Notes under the pieces: generated by a model
The model's input: only the letters and a program-made list of their open reading frames with translations
What the model was told of the DNA's origin: nothing
The model's database searches: none
Assembly (NCBI GenBank): GCA_032128875.1
Contig: JAVLKG010000001.1
Coordinates: 608,001 to 672,000 of the forward strand
Direction of reading: 5' to 3'
Source: Candidatus Melainabacteria bacterium 17Bon1m
GTDB lineage: Bacteria; Cyanobacteriota; Vampirovibrionia; Obscuribacterales; Obscuribacteraceae
Length of the DNA: 64,000 nt
Translations under genes and position numbers: made by a program
Shown here: positions 29,150 through 39,237 of the stretch, piece after piece
Numbering within the stretch: the stretch's first letter is position 1
Layout of the letters: each line of letters opens with the position of its first letter

Positions 29150-29947
29150 TTACTTTTTCGCTTGTTCTAGCGGCACATCCTCGCCTTTCGTGGTGAAGGC
29201 CCAGGCAGAACCGTTTCGTCCTCTAAACTCGAGGTTATTCGACTGCGCGTTATAATCGAAGTCGCCGTGCCACACTGCTCCTGAGTCTTTGTTTTTCCAA
29301 GACACCTGCCCGTTTTCTTCAACGCGGTCCCAGTGTCCCAAGTTGCCGTCAATCCCGACGAGTTGTCCGTTTTCATACTGATATTTTCTGACACGTCCAT
29401 TTCCGGACGGCGCCTCGATAACATTCCCGCCCTTGTCAGTGACGATTCTGCCATTAACGTTGTCTTGAAGAACGAACGAGCCGTCCACGTTGAATTCAAC
29501 GTGAAGACCATCTGGATGTCCGGAGACGTCGTATTGAATATTGCCAACTGCGTCGACTTTGACGTTTTCGACGGTTTGCATAATCTCGCCTTTGTCATTG
29601 CGTACGACAAATTTGCCATCCGCTTGTCTTTCCATCTTGACGCCTGCTTCGTTTGTAATCGATGTGATTTCGCCCTGGTCGTTGATGCTCACGTCAAGCG
29701 GACCGCGCTTTTCATGGGTGTCCGGTCTGCACATCTGCGGTTCGGTTGAATCTGCCGGTTTGTCGCTGAGCTGTTTCAGCAACAGCTCATCCGGAGCTAG
29801 AAAACATGCATTTTGATTGGGTTTGGTAAGGCAATACACTTCATTGAACTTCGGATCGATCATTGGAGTACTTTCCAGCGGACACGAATTTGCGGCCGCC
29901 TGCGCTGAAGTACTGTCATTAAACTGATAAACGTCTGGATAACCCAT
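29150..29947 (-). CDS. Hypothetical beta-rich protein with YD/RHS-like hairpins
   Basis: RBS ggagga before ATG 29947; NDQGEITSI and GRVRKYQYENGQLVGI hairpin motifs. Confidence 0.6.
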   Translation of the reverse strand: MGYPDVYQFNDSTSAQAAANSCPLESTPMIDPKFNEVYCLTKPNQNACFLAPDELLLKQLSDKPADSTEPQMCRPDTHEKRGPLDVSINDQGEITSITNEAGVKMERQADGKFVVRNDKGEIMQTVENVKVDAVGNIQYDVSGHPDGLHVEFNVDGSFVLQDNVNGRIVTDKGGNVIEAPSGNGRVRKYQYENGQLVGIDGNLGHWDRVEENGQVSWKNKDSGAVWHGDFDYNAQSNNLEFRGRNGSAWAFTTKGEDVPLEQAKK

Positions 29948-30207
29948 AAAATCGTCCTCCCACCGCGCCATCGCGTCATTGGTTGATGCGTAGAACGATA
30001 CTGGCGACTTGTATCCAATTTGTTTATGCGCCGGAAATTCTTTGGCGGAAACAAAAAACGCCAAGGGGTGACGGCGCGACCTCGCTCCTTGCCGGTCAAA
30101 ACCCTGCTCACCGTCGAAGATTAAACGCTGGATTGTAAGCCAGGTGGGCGTTTAACGGCTTTAGCTTAGGTGGTCCCCGTTTTGGGCACATATATGGATA
30201 AGATCAT

Positions 30208-33200
30208 ATGGTATCCCGTATGCCGCCTGACCAGATTACTGCGAAGAGTGAGCCGAACAACGTTGAGCGCCCGGACTCTGAAAAAACAGAGCAGTCCGGC
30301 GCGCATAACAGTTTCATCAGAGAACTGGCCAATTCGGTTGTCTTTTCGGCTATCGAGCAGCCGTCGCTTGGCGTTGCGCAGTTCATCAGCAACGACGCCA
30401 TGGGCAGCGTTAAAAACTTCTTTTCAAAGGGCGGAATAGAGGCGCCGGAGCCGGCGAAGTTCAATTCCGCTAATTGGTATGCCCAGACGTTTGGAAGCGC
30501 CGTAGGCATGATTTTGCCCTTCGCACTCACGAAAAAAGGGCTCGGGAAATTGGGTGCTTTTGGTGAAACAGCGGCAGTGGAAACCAGTGCCCTGTCGCGC
30601 CAAGCGGCGATTGGCATGAGTGTCAAAGAGTCCGCCATTACAGGTGGGGTTTACGGAACCCTATTCACCCCGAGCGACCAGGCGGCCCGGAATGCCGGCT
30701 GGTTATCCTTTCTAGGAGACAGAGCCGTAAGTGGAGGGGGCAGCGCCCTAACTTTTGCGACATTGACCGCAGGGAGTTTGGGAGTCGGACGGTTAGCCGA
30801 AACCAGCGTAGCCTCCCGATTTGGCTTGGCTCCTATACTAAACAGTCCAATCACTTCCGGTACTTTCGGTGGCTTGCCGGGCGGTTATGTCGCTGCCCAG
30901 TACGATTCGCTGGCGAGACATCGGCGCCCGGCTACTGCTGAGGAAATTACGGAGTCCATGTTCGGTATGGCTGTAGTGGGCGGCGCATTCGGTTCTGCCG
31001 CGTATTTAGGGCGTCTGAAATCAGGCACAGGCGATCTGCAGGTAAGACCAGGAGAACAAGAAAAGCCTTACAGTCAAACTGTCGGAAGAGCTGAGGGCAA
31101 TTCCAATGTTGTGGCACTGAATACGGTGCCGATCGAACCAGGAAGAACTATTGCTACTGGTGAAACTCGCGGCGTAACGAACGAAACTCGTGGTGTGACC
31201 AACGAAACTCGCAATATTGAAAGCGAAACGCGACCGACAACTGTTGCAGAAGTCCAACCACCTAAATCAATTAATCCCAATGAGTTTAAGACAGGGCAAG
31301 GCGTTGACCAATCGCTGCGAGTCGAGTTGACTGCTCAAGAGCAAAGTCTGTGGCGTCAGACACAGCAGGCGAAAACTATCGAAGAATGGAGACAACTCAC
31401 CGAACAAATTGATGAGCTTCCTCTAGATAAGAGATCTTGGTTTAGCGAAACATTAGATCGCCAGGGCAAGAATTTGACTGAGGTTGAGTTGAATGCGCTC
31501 TGGCCAAAACTGTTGCAGGAAGATCCGCACCAGGGCTATCGAATCGCCAAGCTTATTGGACCAGAACGTACTACTCAAGTTTGGGAGCAGCAACTGAAGT
31601 CTGTTCAGGCGTTTGAGAATCCTGCTCTGGCAGAGCAATTGGCGAAGACTATGGTCTTTCTCGAACCTTCAAAACAGATGGCAGCTTTGGAGTCGCTTCT
31701 AAACCTAGATAAAAGACCATCCTATGTCGACATGGCTTCGGTTATGTTGGCTAAGGAAAATCAGCTGCCTGCTGCAAAACTTCTCGAATCGCGTGGCATC
31801 ACACCGCAGATTGAAACTGGCTCCGTTGCGCCGTCTGTTTGGGCCGACTGGGCTCTGTCTCTAAAACAAGGCGAGATCCGGGATGGCGTTCTTGACCAGG
31901 TTCGCAAAAAGCTATCCGGTTCTAAACAAAATCCGGCTGAAGAATTGAATTCAGTTTTCAAACTCGCAAAAGATAGGCTAGAACCGAAAGAGTATGAGCT
32001 GTTTAACTCTATGCTCACCGGTATCACACCGAAATACAACTCTGCGGAAATAGCGTCTGTTCGCTCAACGGCGCTGAAAGATGTCGATCCGAAATTCATC
32101 AGTCGCATGTCGTTTTTCGAACGCGACTGGCCGATGGCTGAGCGGATTGCAGAAAGAAATCCAGAGCTGATCAGAGCTCTCGCATCTAACTCGAAATTCA
32201 ATCCAAATCTCAAGCGCAGCGCATACATTGCGGAGCTGATGTCCAGAGAGCCTCCACCAACTGTTGAACAATTGACAAAGTCGTTGTTGGAAAGCAATCG
32301 AAAATCGGAAGAAAACAGGGAGTACTCACTGCTTTCTCCTGGCGATGTGAAAGCTCTCGTTGAGCATGGCGTGAAGGTTGAGCCCGGACAAGTGCCAGAA
32401 GCATTGCGCTCTGTTCAGTCTGATGTTTTCCAGATGTTTGATTTGAAGGGAGAAAAGCCGATACACCACGGTCGTTTGCTCAATGCACTCACGCTTGCTA
32501 ACGAGCTGGGCAAGAAGAATCCTGAGGCATTCAATCGTGATTTTAAAGAACCGATTGAGTCGGCGCTAACGAGTTCGGATTACAGATACGCACGCAGGCT
32601 TGATGCGTCCAAAGCGCTGGGCGAGCTGCAGCGTGGTGGCTTTGATGGAGCGATGGCGCTGCGCATGCCGGAACTGCGCATGGGCAAGATTGTCGAGATA
32701 GCTCCTGAAGCGCGAACAGCGATGCGTAATTCTGTTGAAAAGTCACTGTTTAATGTCAACGAGCTGAGACGGATGATTGGTGACGGACCTCTGGGCAAGC
32801 TCATGCCTTCTGTTTTTGGTAAAGCAGAGCAAGGTGGAATTGTAGGCAGAGAACAGCATAAAACGCATGACTTCACACTAGATAATCACTTGCTTGGCGT
32901 GGTTGAGCGTGTAAAGAATGATAGCCGCTTCAATGAATTGATGCCCAATGACCAGGTCAACGTTTTGTGGGCTGCACTTTTGCACGACGTTGGCAAAATG
33001 GAAAACATGATCGATTTCGATCACAACCGAACATCCGTAAGTATGGCTTGGGGGGTGCTTCGTTCGCTCGGCTATTCAGATACCCGCATTCAACGAATTA
33101 CCGACATCATGAGCAAGGATGCAGAACTCAGTTTCAATCCTGATGTCAAAAATTCTGTCACTCTTAAAGATCAAAAAGCCATGGATGATGTGGTGAACAA

Positions 33201-34185
33201 CTACCGCCATGCCGATGCGCTGAAAATGGTGGCAATACTAAATCGTTCTGACATCAAGTCGGTCAAGAAGAATGAAGCTTGGTTTACTGAAGATGTCGTT
33301 TCAGAGCTGGGCAAGATCAGCGAAATGACAGAACCTCGAGTGGCTGAGTTGAACAGGCATCTGTTGCCATTGATGTCGACGAAGATGCCCGAAGGTTATG
33401 GTGCGCATGTGATGTCCGATTACAGTGTGTTCGGGCATTCTTCAAGGGATTTAGCCGGTCAATTTCTCAAGCAACGTTCAACTATTGAATCGCCAGAATA
33501 CTCAACCTCGTTCTCCGTTTTCACGCCAGAAAATCATCGAGTCTACGAAGATGGCTCGAAAGTTATTGCACTCGTCACTGGTCCCTTCGAGCATGTTGCA
33601 CAAGCGTACAGGAACAACCTTTCGACTGGTACTTCTGTCGGCTGGAACGGACAGGTAGAGCTCGTCGGCAGATGGAGCACAGACAGCAAAGCAAATGCAT
33701 TTGCTGCAGAAGCTGAAGCGAAGCTGACAGAACTCGGCATTCCACCGGCGCGAAATGTGGCGGCTGAGAATTTCCCCAGGCTCAATCAACTCCGTCGTGT
33801 AGCTGGACAATTCGACACACTCACAGACCTTATTACCGCTGCCGGTGAAACAGACCCTTATGTGCTAGCGGTGAAGTCTCTTAATCGAATGATGACGACC
33901 GAGAAAGATGGCTCTGCGCTCAAAACAAACAACGAAGGCAAACTGAACAACGCCATATTGTCCGGTATTGGTTTGCTGCGCAGCGGCAATCAACCTGTTT
34001 ATTTCGAAGGACTGACGCAGGCAGAACTCGCGAAACTTTGGAACGGCAATATCCCTGATTTCGTCTCTGCTGGCCCTGCAAATCAAGCTCCAGCCAACGC
34101 TCTGCGCGTCACTGCTGACGTTGCATCTTCCGCCAAGGAGCACAACCTGCCGATTGTTGTTTTGAACGATCAGACTGTCAGGTAG
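30208..34185 (+). CDS. Large effector-like protein: hydrophobic N-terminus, helical middle, HD domain, putative ART-like C-terminal domain
   Basis: HD signature QHKTHDFTLDNHLL...WAALLHDVGK...H...RSD; C-terminal FGH...STSFS...NNE; Gly/Ala-rich hydrophobic helices at aa ~40-270. Confidence 0.7.
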   Translation: MVSRMPPDQITAKSEPNNVERPDSEKTEQSGAHNSFIRELANSVVFSAIEQPSLGVAQFISNDAMGSVKNFFSKGGIEAPEPAKFNSANWYAQTFGSAVGMILPFALTKKGLGKLGAFGETAAVETSALSRQAAIGMSVKESAITGGVYGTLFTPSDQAARNAGWLSFLGDRAVSGGGSALTFATLTAGSLGVGRLAETSVASRFGLAPILNSPITSGTFGGLPGGYVAAQYDSLARHRRPATAEEITESMFGMAVVGGAFGSAAYLGRLKSGTGDLQVRPGEQEKPYSQTVGRAEGNSNVVALNTVPIEPGRTIATGETRGVTNETRGVTNETRNIESETRPTTVAEVQPPKSINPNEFKTGQGVDQSLRVELTAQEQSLWRQTQQAKTIEEWRQLTEQIDELPLDKRSWFSETLDRQGKNLTEVELNALWPKLLQEDPHQGYRIAKLIGPERTTQVWEQQLKSVQAFENPALAEQLAKTMVFLEPSKQMAALESLLNLDKRPSYVDMASVMLAKENQLPAAKLLESRGITPQIETGSVAPSVWADWALSLKQGEIRDGVLDQVRKKLSGSKQNPAEELNSVFKLAKDRLEPKEYELFNSMLTGITPKYNSAEIASVRSTALKDVDPKFISRMSFFERDWPMAERIAERNPELIRALASNSKFNPNLKRSAYIAELMSREPPPTVEQLTKSLLESNRKSEENREYSLLSPGDVKALVEHGVKVEPGQVPEALRSVQSDVFQMFDLKGEKPIHHGRLLNALTLANELGKKNPEAFNRDFKEPIESALTSSDYRYARRLDASKALGELQRGGFDGAMALRMPELRMGKIVEIAPEARTAMRNSVEKSLFNVNELRRMIGDGPLGKLMPSVFGKAEQGGIVGREQHKTHDFTLDNHLLGVVERVKNDSRFNELMPNDQVNVLWAALLHDVGKMENMIDFDHNRTSVSMAWGVLRSLGYSDTRIQRITDIMSKDAELSFNPDVKNSVTLKDQKAMDDVVNNYRHADALKMVAILNRSDIKSVKKNEAWFTEDVVSELGKISEMTEPRVAELNRHLLPLMSTKMPEGYGAHVMSDYSVFGHSSRDLAGQFLKQRSTIESPEYSTSFSVFTPENHRVYEDGSKVIALVTGPFEHVAQAYRNNLSTGTSVGWNGQVELVGRWSTDSKANAFAAEAEAKLTELGIPPARNVAAENFPRLNQLRRVAGQFDTLTDLITAAGETDPYVLAVKSLNRMMTTEKDGSALKTNNEGKLNNAILSGIGLLRSGNQPVYFEGLTQAELAKLWNGNIPDFVSAGPANQAPANALRVTADVASSAKEHNLPIVVLNDQTVR
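31162..31233 (+). repeat. Intragenic 21-bp repeat encoding ETRGVTN
   Basis: gaaactcgcggcgtaacgaac/gaaactcgtggtgtgaccaac/gaaactcgcaatattgaaagc/gaaacgcga. Confidence 0.8.
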
Positions 34186-34388
34186 ATGCTGGCTAGGCGT
34201 TTATCAGTTGCCGGTGAAGCCTCTAGTAGAAGTCCGGCGAAGCGGCAGGTAGTTTCTACGTAGAAGTCGGCATTTAGTAGCCAGACGTCCACCCATCGTC
34301 TGTTTTGCGGCTTTTGCTCTTGGAAAGCAGATCTGGAACCAATCGCATATATAAGGGATAATTGACCCCTCGCAAACAGGAGAGGGTC

Positions 34389-35591
34389 ATGCTGAAAACC
34401 ACGCCCTTGCATTCCCGTACGTCTGCGCTCATGCAAGCCAACCAATGGCGGCGCTGGGCCGGCTATTCCGTAGCTAGCTCGTATGAGATGACACACGACC
34501 GGGAATACTATGCAATTCGCAATGCCTGCGTCTTGCTCGACGTTTCACCGCTCTGCAAATACCGAATCAAAGGCGCGGACGCGCTCAAGTTTCTCAATCG
34601 CCTCGTTACTCGCGATGTGAGCAAGATTTCCGTCGGCGGGATGTTGTACACACCGTGGTGCGACTCTCGAGGAAAGATACTGGACGATGGCACGGTCGCA
34701 ATGCTGGCAGCCGACGAATACCGTCTTACTTCAGCTGAGCCGAACATGCGCTGGCTTCAAGATAACGCAGTCGGAATGCAAGTTGAGATCACTGACGTTT
34801 CCGACCAGATTGCAGCAATGTCGCTGCAAGGTCCTAAGTCTCGTGATTTGCTGATGACCCTGTGCGACGCTCCTTTGGGTGGCGTTAAGTATTACGAGTT
34901 CGTCAACACGAAGATTGATGGCATAGATGTGATGATTTCTCGCACCGGGTATACAGGCGATCTTGGTTTTGAACTTTGGGTCGATGCGACCAAGGCTGAG
35001 AAGGTTTGGGATGCGGTAGTGAAGGCGGGAAAGTCTTTCGCACTTCAACCGGCAGGCATCTGGGCTTTAGATGTTTCTCGTATTGAAGCCGGGCTGATCA
35101 TGCTGGACATCGACTACACGCCAGCGAACAAGGCAATGACTGACGCTCAAACTTCAACTCCAATCGAGCTCGGATTGAATTGGGCGATTAGCTGGAAGAA
35201 GGGCAACTTCATCGGCCGAAAGGCTTTGCTAGCCGAAAAGGAAAATGGTTCAACGATTCAATTTGTCGGACTGGAAATTGATCATAAAGAGTTCGAGCGC
35301 CAACATCATGAATTAGGACTTACTGTTCCTTATCCATTCATGGCTTGGAGAGCTGTAATTCCATTGTATGTCGATGGTTCGCAAGTTGGCTATGCCACTA
35401 GCGGAGTCTGGTCGCCTACGTTGAAAAAGTATCTCGCATTCGGGCATGTGCAGCCGAAGTATGCGCAACCCGGCTCGGTGGTGACAATTGATTTGACAGT
35501 CGATCGTTTCCGTCGTCCGTTTAACGCAAAGGTGACCAAGCTACCCTTCTTCAATCCGCCAAGGAAGAAAGATATCCTAGGAGCGAAATGA
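34389..35591 (+). CDS. GcvT-like folate-binding aminomethyltransferase
   Basis: KTTPLH, LDVSPL, SRTGYTGDLGFEL, RIEAG, FIGRKAL, WSPTLKK. Confidence 0.92.
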   Translation: MLKTTPLHSRTSALMQANQWRRWAGYSVASSYEMTHDREYYAIRNACVLLDVSPLCKYRIKGADALKFLNRLVTRDVSKISVGGMLYTPWCDSRGKILDDGTVAMLAADEYRLTSAEPNMRWLQDNAVGMQVEITDVSDQIAAMSLQGPKSRDLLMTLCDAPLGGVKYYEFVNTKIDGIDVMISRTGYTGDLGFELWVDATKAEKVWDAVVKAGKSFALQPAGIWALDVSRIEAGLIMLDIDYTPANKAMTDAQTSTPIELGLNWAISWKKGNFIGRKALLAEKENGSTIQFVGLEIDHKEFERQHHELGLTVPYPFMAWRAVIPLYVDGSQVGYATSGVWSPTLKKYLAFGHVQPKYAQPGSVVTIDLTVDRFRRPFNAKVTKLPFFNPPRKKDILGAK

Positions 35592-37183
35592 GCAAATCAA
35601 GCAACAATCAATATGACGTAATAGTCATCGGCGGTGGGCACAACGGTCTGGTCAACGCCGCATATTTAGGCAAAGCCGGTAAGAAAGTTTTGGTATTGGA
35701 ACAGCGCCACACCGTCGGTGGTGCCACCATTACAGAGGGAGTGTATCCAGGCTTCAAGTTTTTAATCGCTTCTTATTTGATCAGTCTTTTGAGACCTGAT
35801 GTGATTCAAGAGCTGGAGCTTGTTCGCCACGGCTTGGAAATCATGCCATTGGAGAGTACTTTTGTTCCTCTAGCAAACGGCAACTATTTGGCTGATTGGC
35901 CTGACCACGAAGCAACTCGACACGAGATAGAGCGGCATTCTAAACGCGACGCCGAAGCATACGATGAGTATGCGCGCGTGATGAGAAGACTGGCCATTGC
36001 TCTGCGACCACTGTTAGATATGATCCCTCCCGATCCGACTTCGGTCACGCCGAAAGATTTGGAAACGATGGCTCGTGTGCGTGGCGTACTCAACAATATG
36101 ACACGCGATGATTTTCATTTACTGTCGCGTTTGATGACCATGAGCGCTGCTGACTTTCTTGATGAATGGTTTGAAGGCACCGCGCTGAAAGGCACCAAGT
36201 GCACCAGTGGGATTATTGGCACATTCATGGGACCTCGTTCGCCTGGAACGGGCTATGTGCTGCTGCACCACTACATTGGCGAATTGGATGGAACATTCAG
36301 AGCCTGGGGCTTTGCGCGCGGGGGGACCGGCGCATTGAGTCAGGCGATTGCGAGTGCGGCTCTAGAGGCTGGAGTTGAGATCAAAACGAATTCTCCTGTC
36401 GCACACGTCAACGTCAAAAATGGTGAAGCCTCCGGTGTGACCCTCGAGAACGGCGACGAATATTCTGCCTCCATTGTTGTATCGAATGCCGATGTGAAAA
36501 GAACCTTCTTGAAGTTGATCGACCCGAAGCATCTTCCCGATGATTTCGTGAGCGACGTAAATAGATTTCGTATCGCGAGCCCCGCGTGCAAAGTCAACCT
36601 GGCGCTCGATGGTTTGCCCGAGTTTACTTCTATGCCGAAGGGAAAAGAAGCGCTTTTGCGTGGTTCTATCGAAATTGCACCGAGTATAGATTATGTTGAA
36701 CAAGCGTATGATGATGCCAAATATGGTGGCTGGTCACGCAAGCCTTTTATGGACGCGTTGATACCATCACTGCTCGATCCGGGAATGGCGCCACCCGGAA
36801 AACACGTGATGTCGCTCTTTGTTCAATACGCCTCCTCTGACTTGGAAGGCGGCTGGAATGAGGAGAAGAAGGCTCAGTTTCTCGATGTAGTCATCGATAC
36901 GCTTGCAGAGCACGCGCCCAACTTGAAAAAGATTTTGATTCATAAGCACATCATGACTCCGTGGGATTTGGAGCGCATGATTGGTCTTACAAGTGGACAC
37001 ATCTTCCACGGAGAATTGGCGCTGCAACAGTTGTTCTTCCTGCGTCCATCACCTCAGTGGTCTAACTACAGGACACCCATCAAAAACATGTACATGTGCG
37101 GCAGCAGCACACATCCCGGCGGCTGCATCACTGGCGCTCCCGGGCGCAACGCGGCACTGGCAATTCTAGAGGATCGCCCATGA
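35588..37183 (+). CDS. FAD-dependent oxidoreductase (phytoene dehydrogenase-like, PYROXD2-like)
   Basis: GGGHNGL Rossmann motif, RGGTGAL, APPGKH, CGSSTHPGG; ATGA overlap with the upstream gene. Confidence 0.92.
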   Translation: MSKSSNNQYDVIVIGGGHNGLVNAAYLGKAGKKVLVLEQRHTVGGATITEGVYPGFKFLIASYLISLLRPDVIQELELVRHGLEIMPLESTFVPLANGNYLADWPDHEATRHEIERHSKRDAEAYDEYARVMRRLAIALRPLLDMIPPDPTSVTPKDLETMARVRGVLNNMTRDDFHLLSRLMTMSAADFLDEWFEGTALKGTKCTSGIIGTFMGPRSPGTGYVLLHHYIGELDGTFRAWGFARGGTGALSQAIASAALEAGVEIKTNSPVAHVNVKNGEASGVTLENGDEYSASIVVSNADVKRTFLKLIDPKHLPDDFVSDVNRFRIASPACKVNLALDGLPEFTSMPKGKEALLRGSIEIAPSIDYVEQAYDDAKYGGWSRKPFMDALIPSLLDPGMAPPGKHVMSLFVQYASSDLEGGWNEEKKAQFLDVVIDTLAEHAPNLKKILIHKHIMTPWDLERMIGLTSGHIFHGELALQQLFFLRPSPQWSNYRTPIKNMYMCGSSTHPGGCITGAPGRNAALAILEDRP

Positions 37184-38727
37184 GCACTTACAACACGATC
37201 ATTTTGGGTTCTTCCCCCAACGCTTTAACTGCAGCGTGCTACTTGGCTCGCAGCGGTAAAAAGGTTTTGGTGCTCGAACCGACGGAACACATCGGAGGAG
37301 CTGTTTCAACAGCTCAGTTTGCTGATGGCTTCAAAGCCGACATCGGTTTGATGACCGGTCGCCTCGATGCAGAGATCGTCAAAGATTTGAAGTTGAGCGA
37401 GCACGGATTGGAAGTTATCGAACGCAGTAGTCTCACGAGCCTATTGCCTGGCGGCAAGAGTTTCACACTCTCCTGCGACCTCAATGCAGCCGAAAAAGTA
37501 ATTGCAGGAATTTCTCCTGCTGACGCGAAGAAGTACAAGCCTTTTATGAATCTCGTAAGTTTGGCCAGTGACTTCTTGAAAAGTGCCTACAACGTGACAC
37601 CGCCCGCCAACCATCCTCCTTCTAAAGATGATGTTGAGGGGCTTTCTAAATTGAGCGCTCAGCTCAAAGGCTATGGTCGTCGCGAGATGACCGAAGTAAT
37701 GCGTCTATTGGTGATGTCTGTGCGCGACCTCACTGATGAATGGTTTGCTAGTCCAGAACTCAAAGGACTGCTCGCGACAGCTGCGGTAAGAGGCATCAAC
37801 CAGGGTCCTTTCGCCGGTAACACGGCATACACTCTTCTGCATCATCTTGCTCAAGGTGATGGCTTTTTCCGTGCCACTGCTAAAGGTGGCATTGGAGCAC
37901 TCTGCCAGGCGCTGGCCGCAGCTGCGAAATCGTATGGTGTAGAAATTCGTACGAAGTGCGGATCGCTCACCATCAACGTCGAAGATGGTGTCGCTACGGG
38001 GGTTGCCGCTGGTACCGAGTCGATTGAAGCTTCGCTAGTAATTTCAGATTACGATGCTCGACATACATTTACTCATTTGGTTGCACCGCCTGAACTTGAG
38101 CCTGAATTCAATCGCGCGGTGAAAAACCTTAAGTATCGTGGCGCGGTAGCACGTTTGAACTTTGCTCTAAAGGACCTGCCAAAATTCGCAGGGATTACAG
38201 ATGAGGCGATGAAAGGAATGCTTGTTTTGGCGCCTAGTGTCGAATACCTTGAAAAAGCGTATGACGCCGCCAAACGCGGAGACGTGTCCGCGCGACCATA
38301 TTTGGAAGTTTCTATTCCAAGCTTGAGCGACGCGACTCTTGCACCCTCCGGCAAGCATGTGATGTCGGTTTGGATGCAATATGCACCATGTCATAGCACT
38401 GCAAATCCTGACCACCTGCGTGATCTGGTACTCAAACAATTGAGTGAGTTTTGCCCCAATCTAAAATCGCTGGTAGAACACTCACAGGTGCTCTTACCAA
38501 ACGAGTACGAGTCACAGTATTACTTGACCGAAGGCAATCTTTACGGTGCAGAGATAAATCTCGCCCAGGCATTCTACTTGAGACCCCTTCCCGGTTTTGC
38601 CCAGTACAGCACGCCGATCTCACAGCTCTACCTGTGCGGATCGGCAACACATCCTGCCGGAATTAGCGGGCTGTCCGGACGAAACGCTGCACGGGAATTA
38701 GGCGTTAGAGATATGGTCCCGGCATAA
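37180..38727 (+). CDS. Second FAD-dependent oxidoreductase paralogue with degenerate Rossmann motif
   Basis: IILGSSPNAL, KGGIGAL, APSGKH, CGSATHP; ATGA overlap. Confidence 0.88.
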   Translation: MSTYNTIILGSSPNALTAACYLARSGKKVLVLEPTEHIGGAVSTAQFADGFKADIGLMTGRLDAEIVKDLKLSEHGLEVIERSSLTSLLPGGKSFTLSCDLNAAEKVIAGISPADAKKYKPFMNLVSLASDFLKSAYNVTPPANHPPSKDDVEGLSKLSAQLKGYGRREMTEVMRLLVMSVRDLTDEWFASPELKGLLATAAVRGINQGPFAGNTAYTLLHHLAQGDGFFRATAKGGIGALCQALAAAAKSYGVEIRTKCGSLTINVEDGVATGVAAGTESIEASLVISDYDARHTFTHLVAPPELEPEFNRAVKNLKYRGAVARLNFALKDLPKFAGITDEAMKGMLVLAPSVEYLEKAYDAAKRGDVSARPYLEVSIPSLSDATLAPSGKHVMSVWMQYAPCHSTANPDHLRDLVLKQLSEFCPNLKSLVEHSQVLLPNEYESQYYLTEGNLYGAEINLAQAFYLRPLPGFAQYSTPISQLYLCGSATHPAGISGLSGRNAARELGVRDMVPA

Positions 38728-38781
38728 ACCAACAGCCGAAACCGATCTCTCTCTCCAATGGTCAAGCCGTCTGACACAGAA

Positions 38782-39033
38782 CTACTTCGTGACGCTGGTC
38801 TGTGTTTGAACCTTGACGGAGCTATTTGCTCCGACATTGCTCTGCGCTGACGATCTGACAGTAGAAGTGGAGATATGTCTTCTCGGCGCTCTTTTCTTGA
38901 TGCGCAGCACGGGCCTATTTTTTGTAATAGTAGTTGTGCTGCTTGTTGTCGTGGCTGTTTGTGCTTCTCCGGGCAAAATGCAAAGCATCGGAACGAACGC
39001 TGCCAGAAATGCGGCCATAAATTTCTTTGTCAT
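38782..39033 (-). CDS. Small exported Thr/Ser/Arg-rich protein
   Basis: RBS ggag; signal peptide ending GEA. Confidence 0.6.
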   Translation of the reverse strand: MTKKFMAAFLAAFVPMLCILPGEAQTATTTSSTTTITKNRPVLRIKKRAPRRHISTSTVRSSAQSNVGANSSVKVQTQTSVTK

Positions 39034-39237
39034 TTCAAACTCCAATCAGTGCAGTCAGTAGAGGTCCCCGTTGCAAGACTGGTGAATAATTTCAATGTTC
39101 CTTCTTCCTAATCTTCTTGAGCGTGAAGTTAAGTGATCCGTAGATTAGACTTCGCCTTGCGATGCTTGGGCTGGTGATAGACTCTTTGCGTTGTGAAGAA
39201 GGCGCCCCGGTGCAGTACTGTTGTAAAGGAAAAAGTC

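Noticed and set aside
34389-35591. True glycine cleavage gcvT
   Set aside because: No gcvH/gcvP neighbours; the operon context points to another substrate.
35588-38727. Carotenoid desaturase (crtI/crtO) call
   Set aside because: No crtB/crtE context, and the genes are coupled to a GcvT-like gene.
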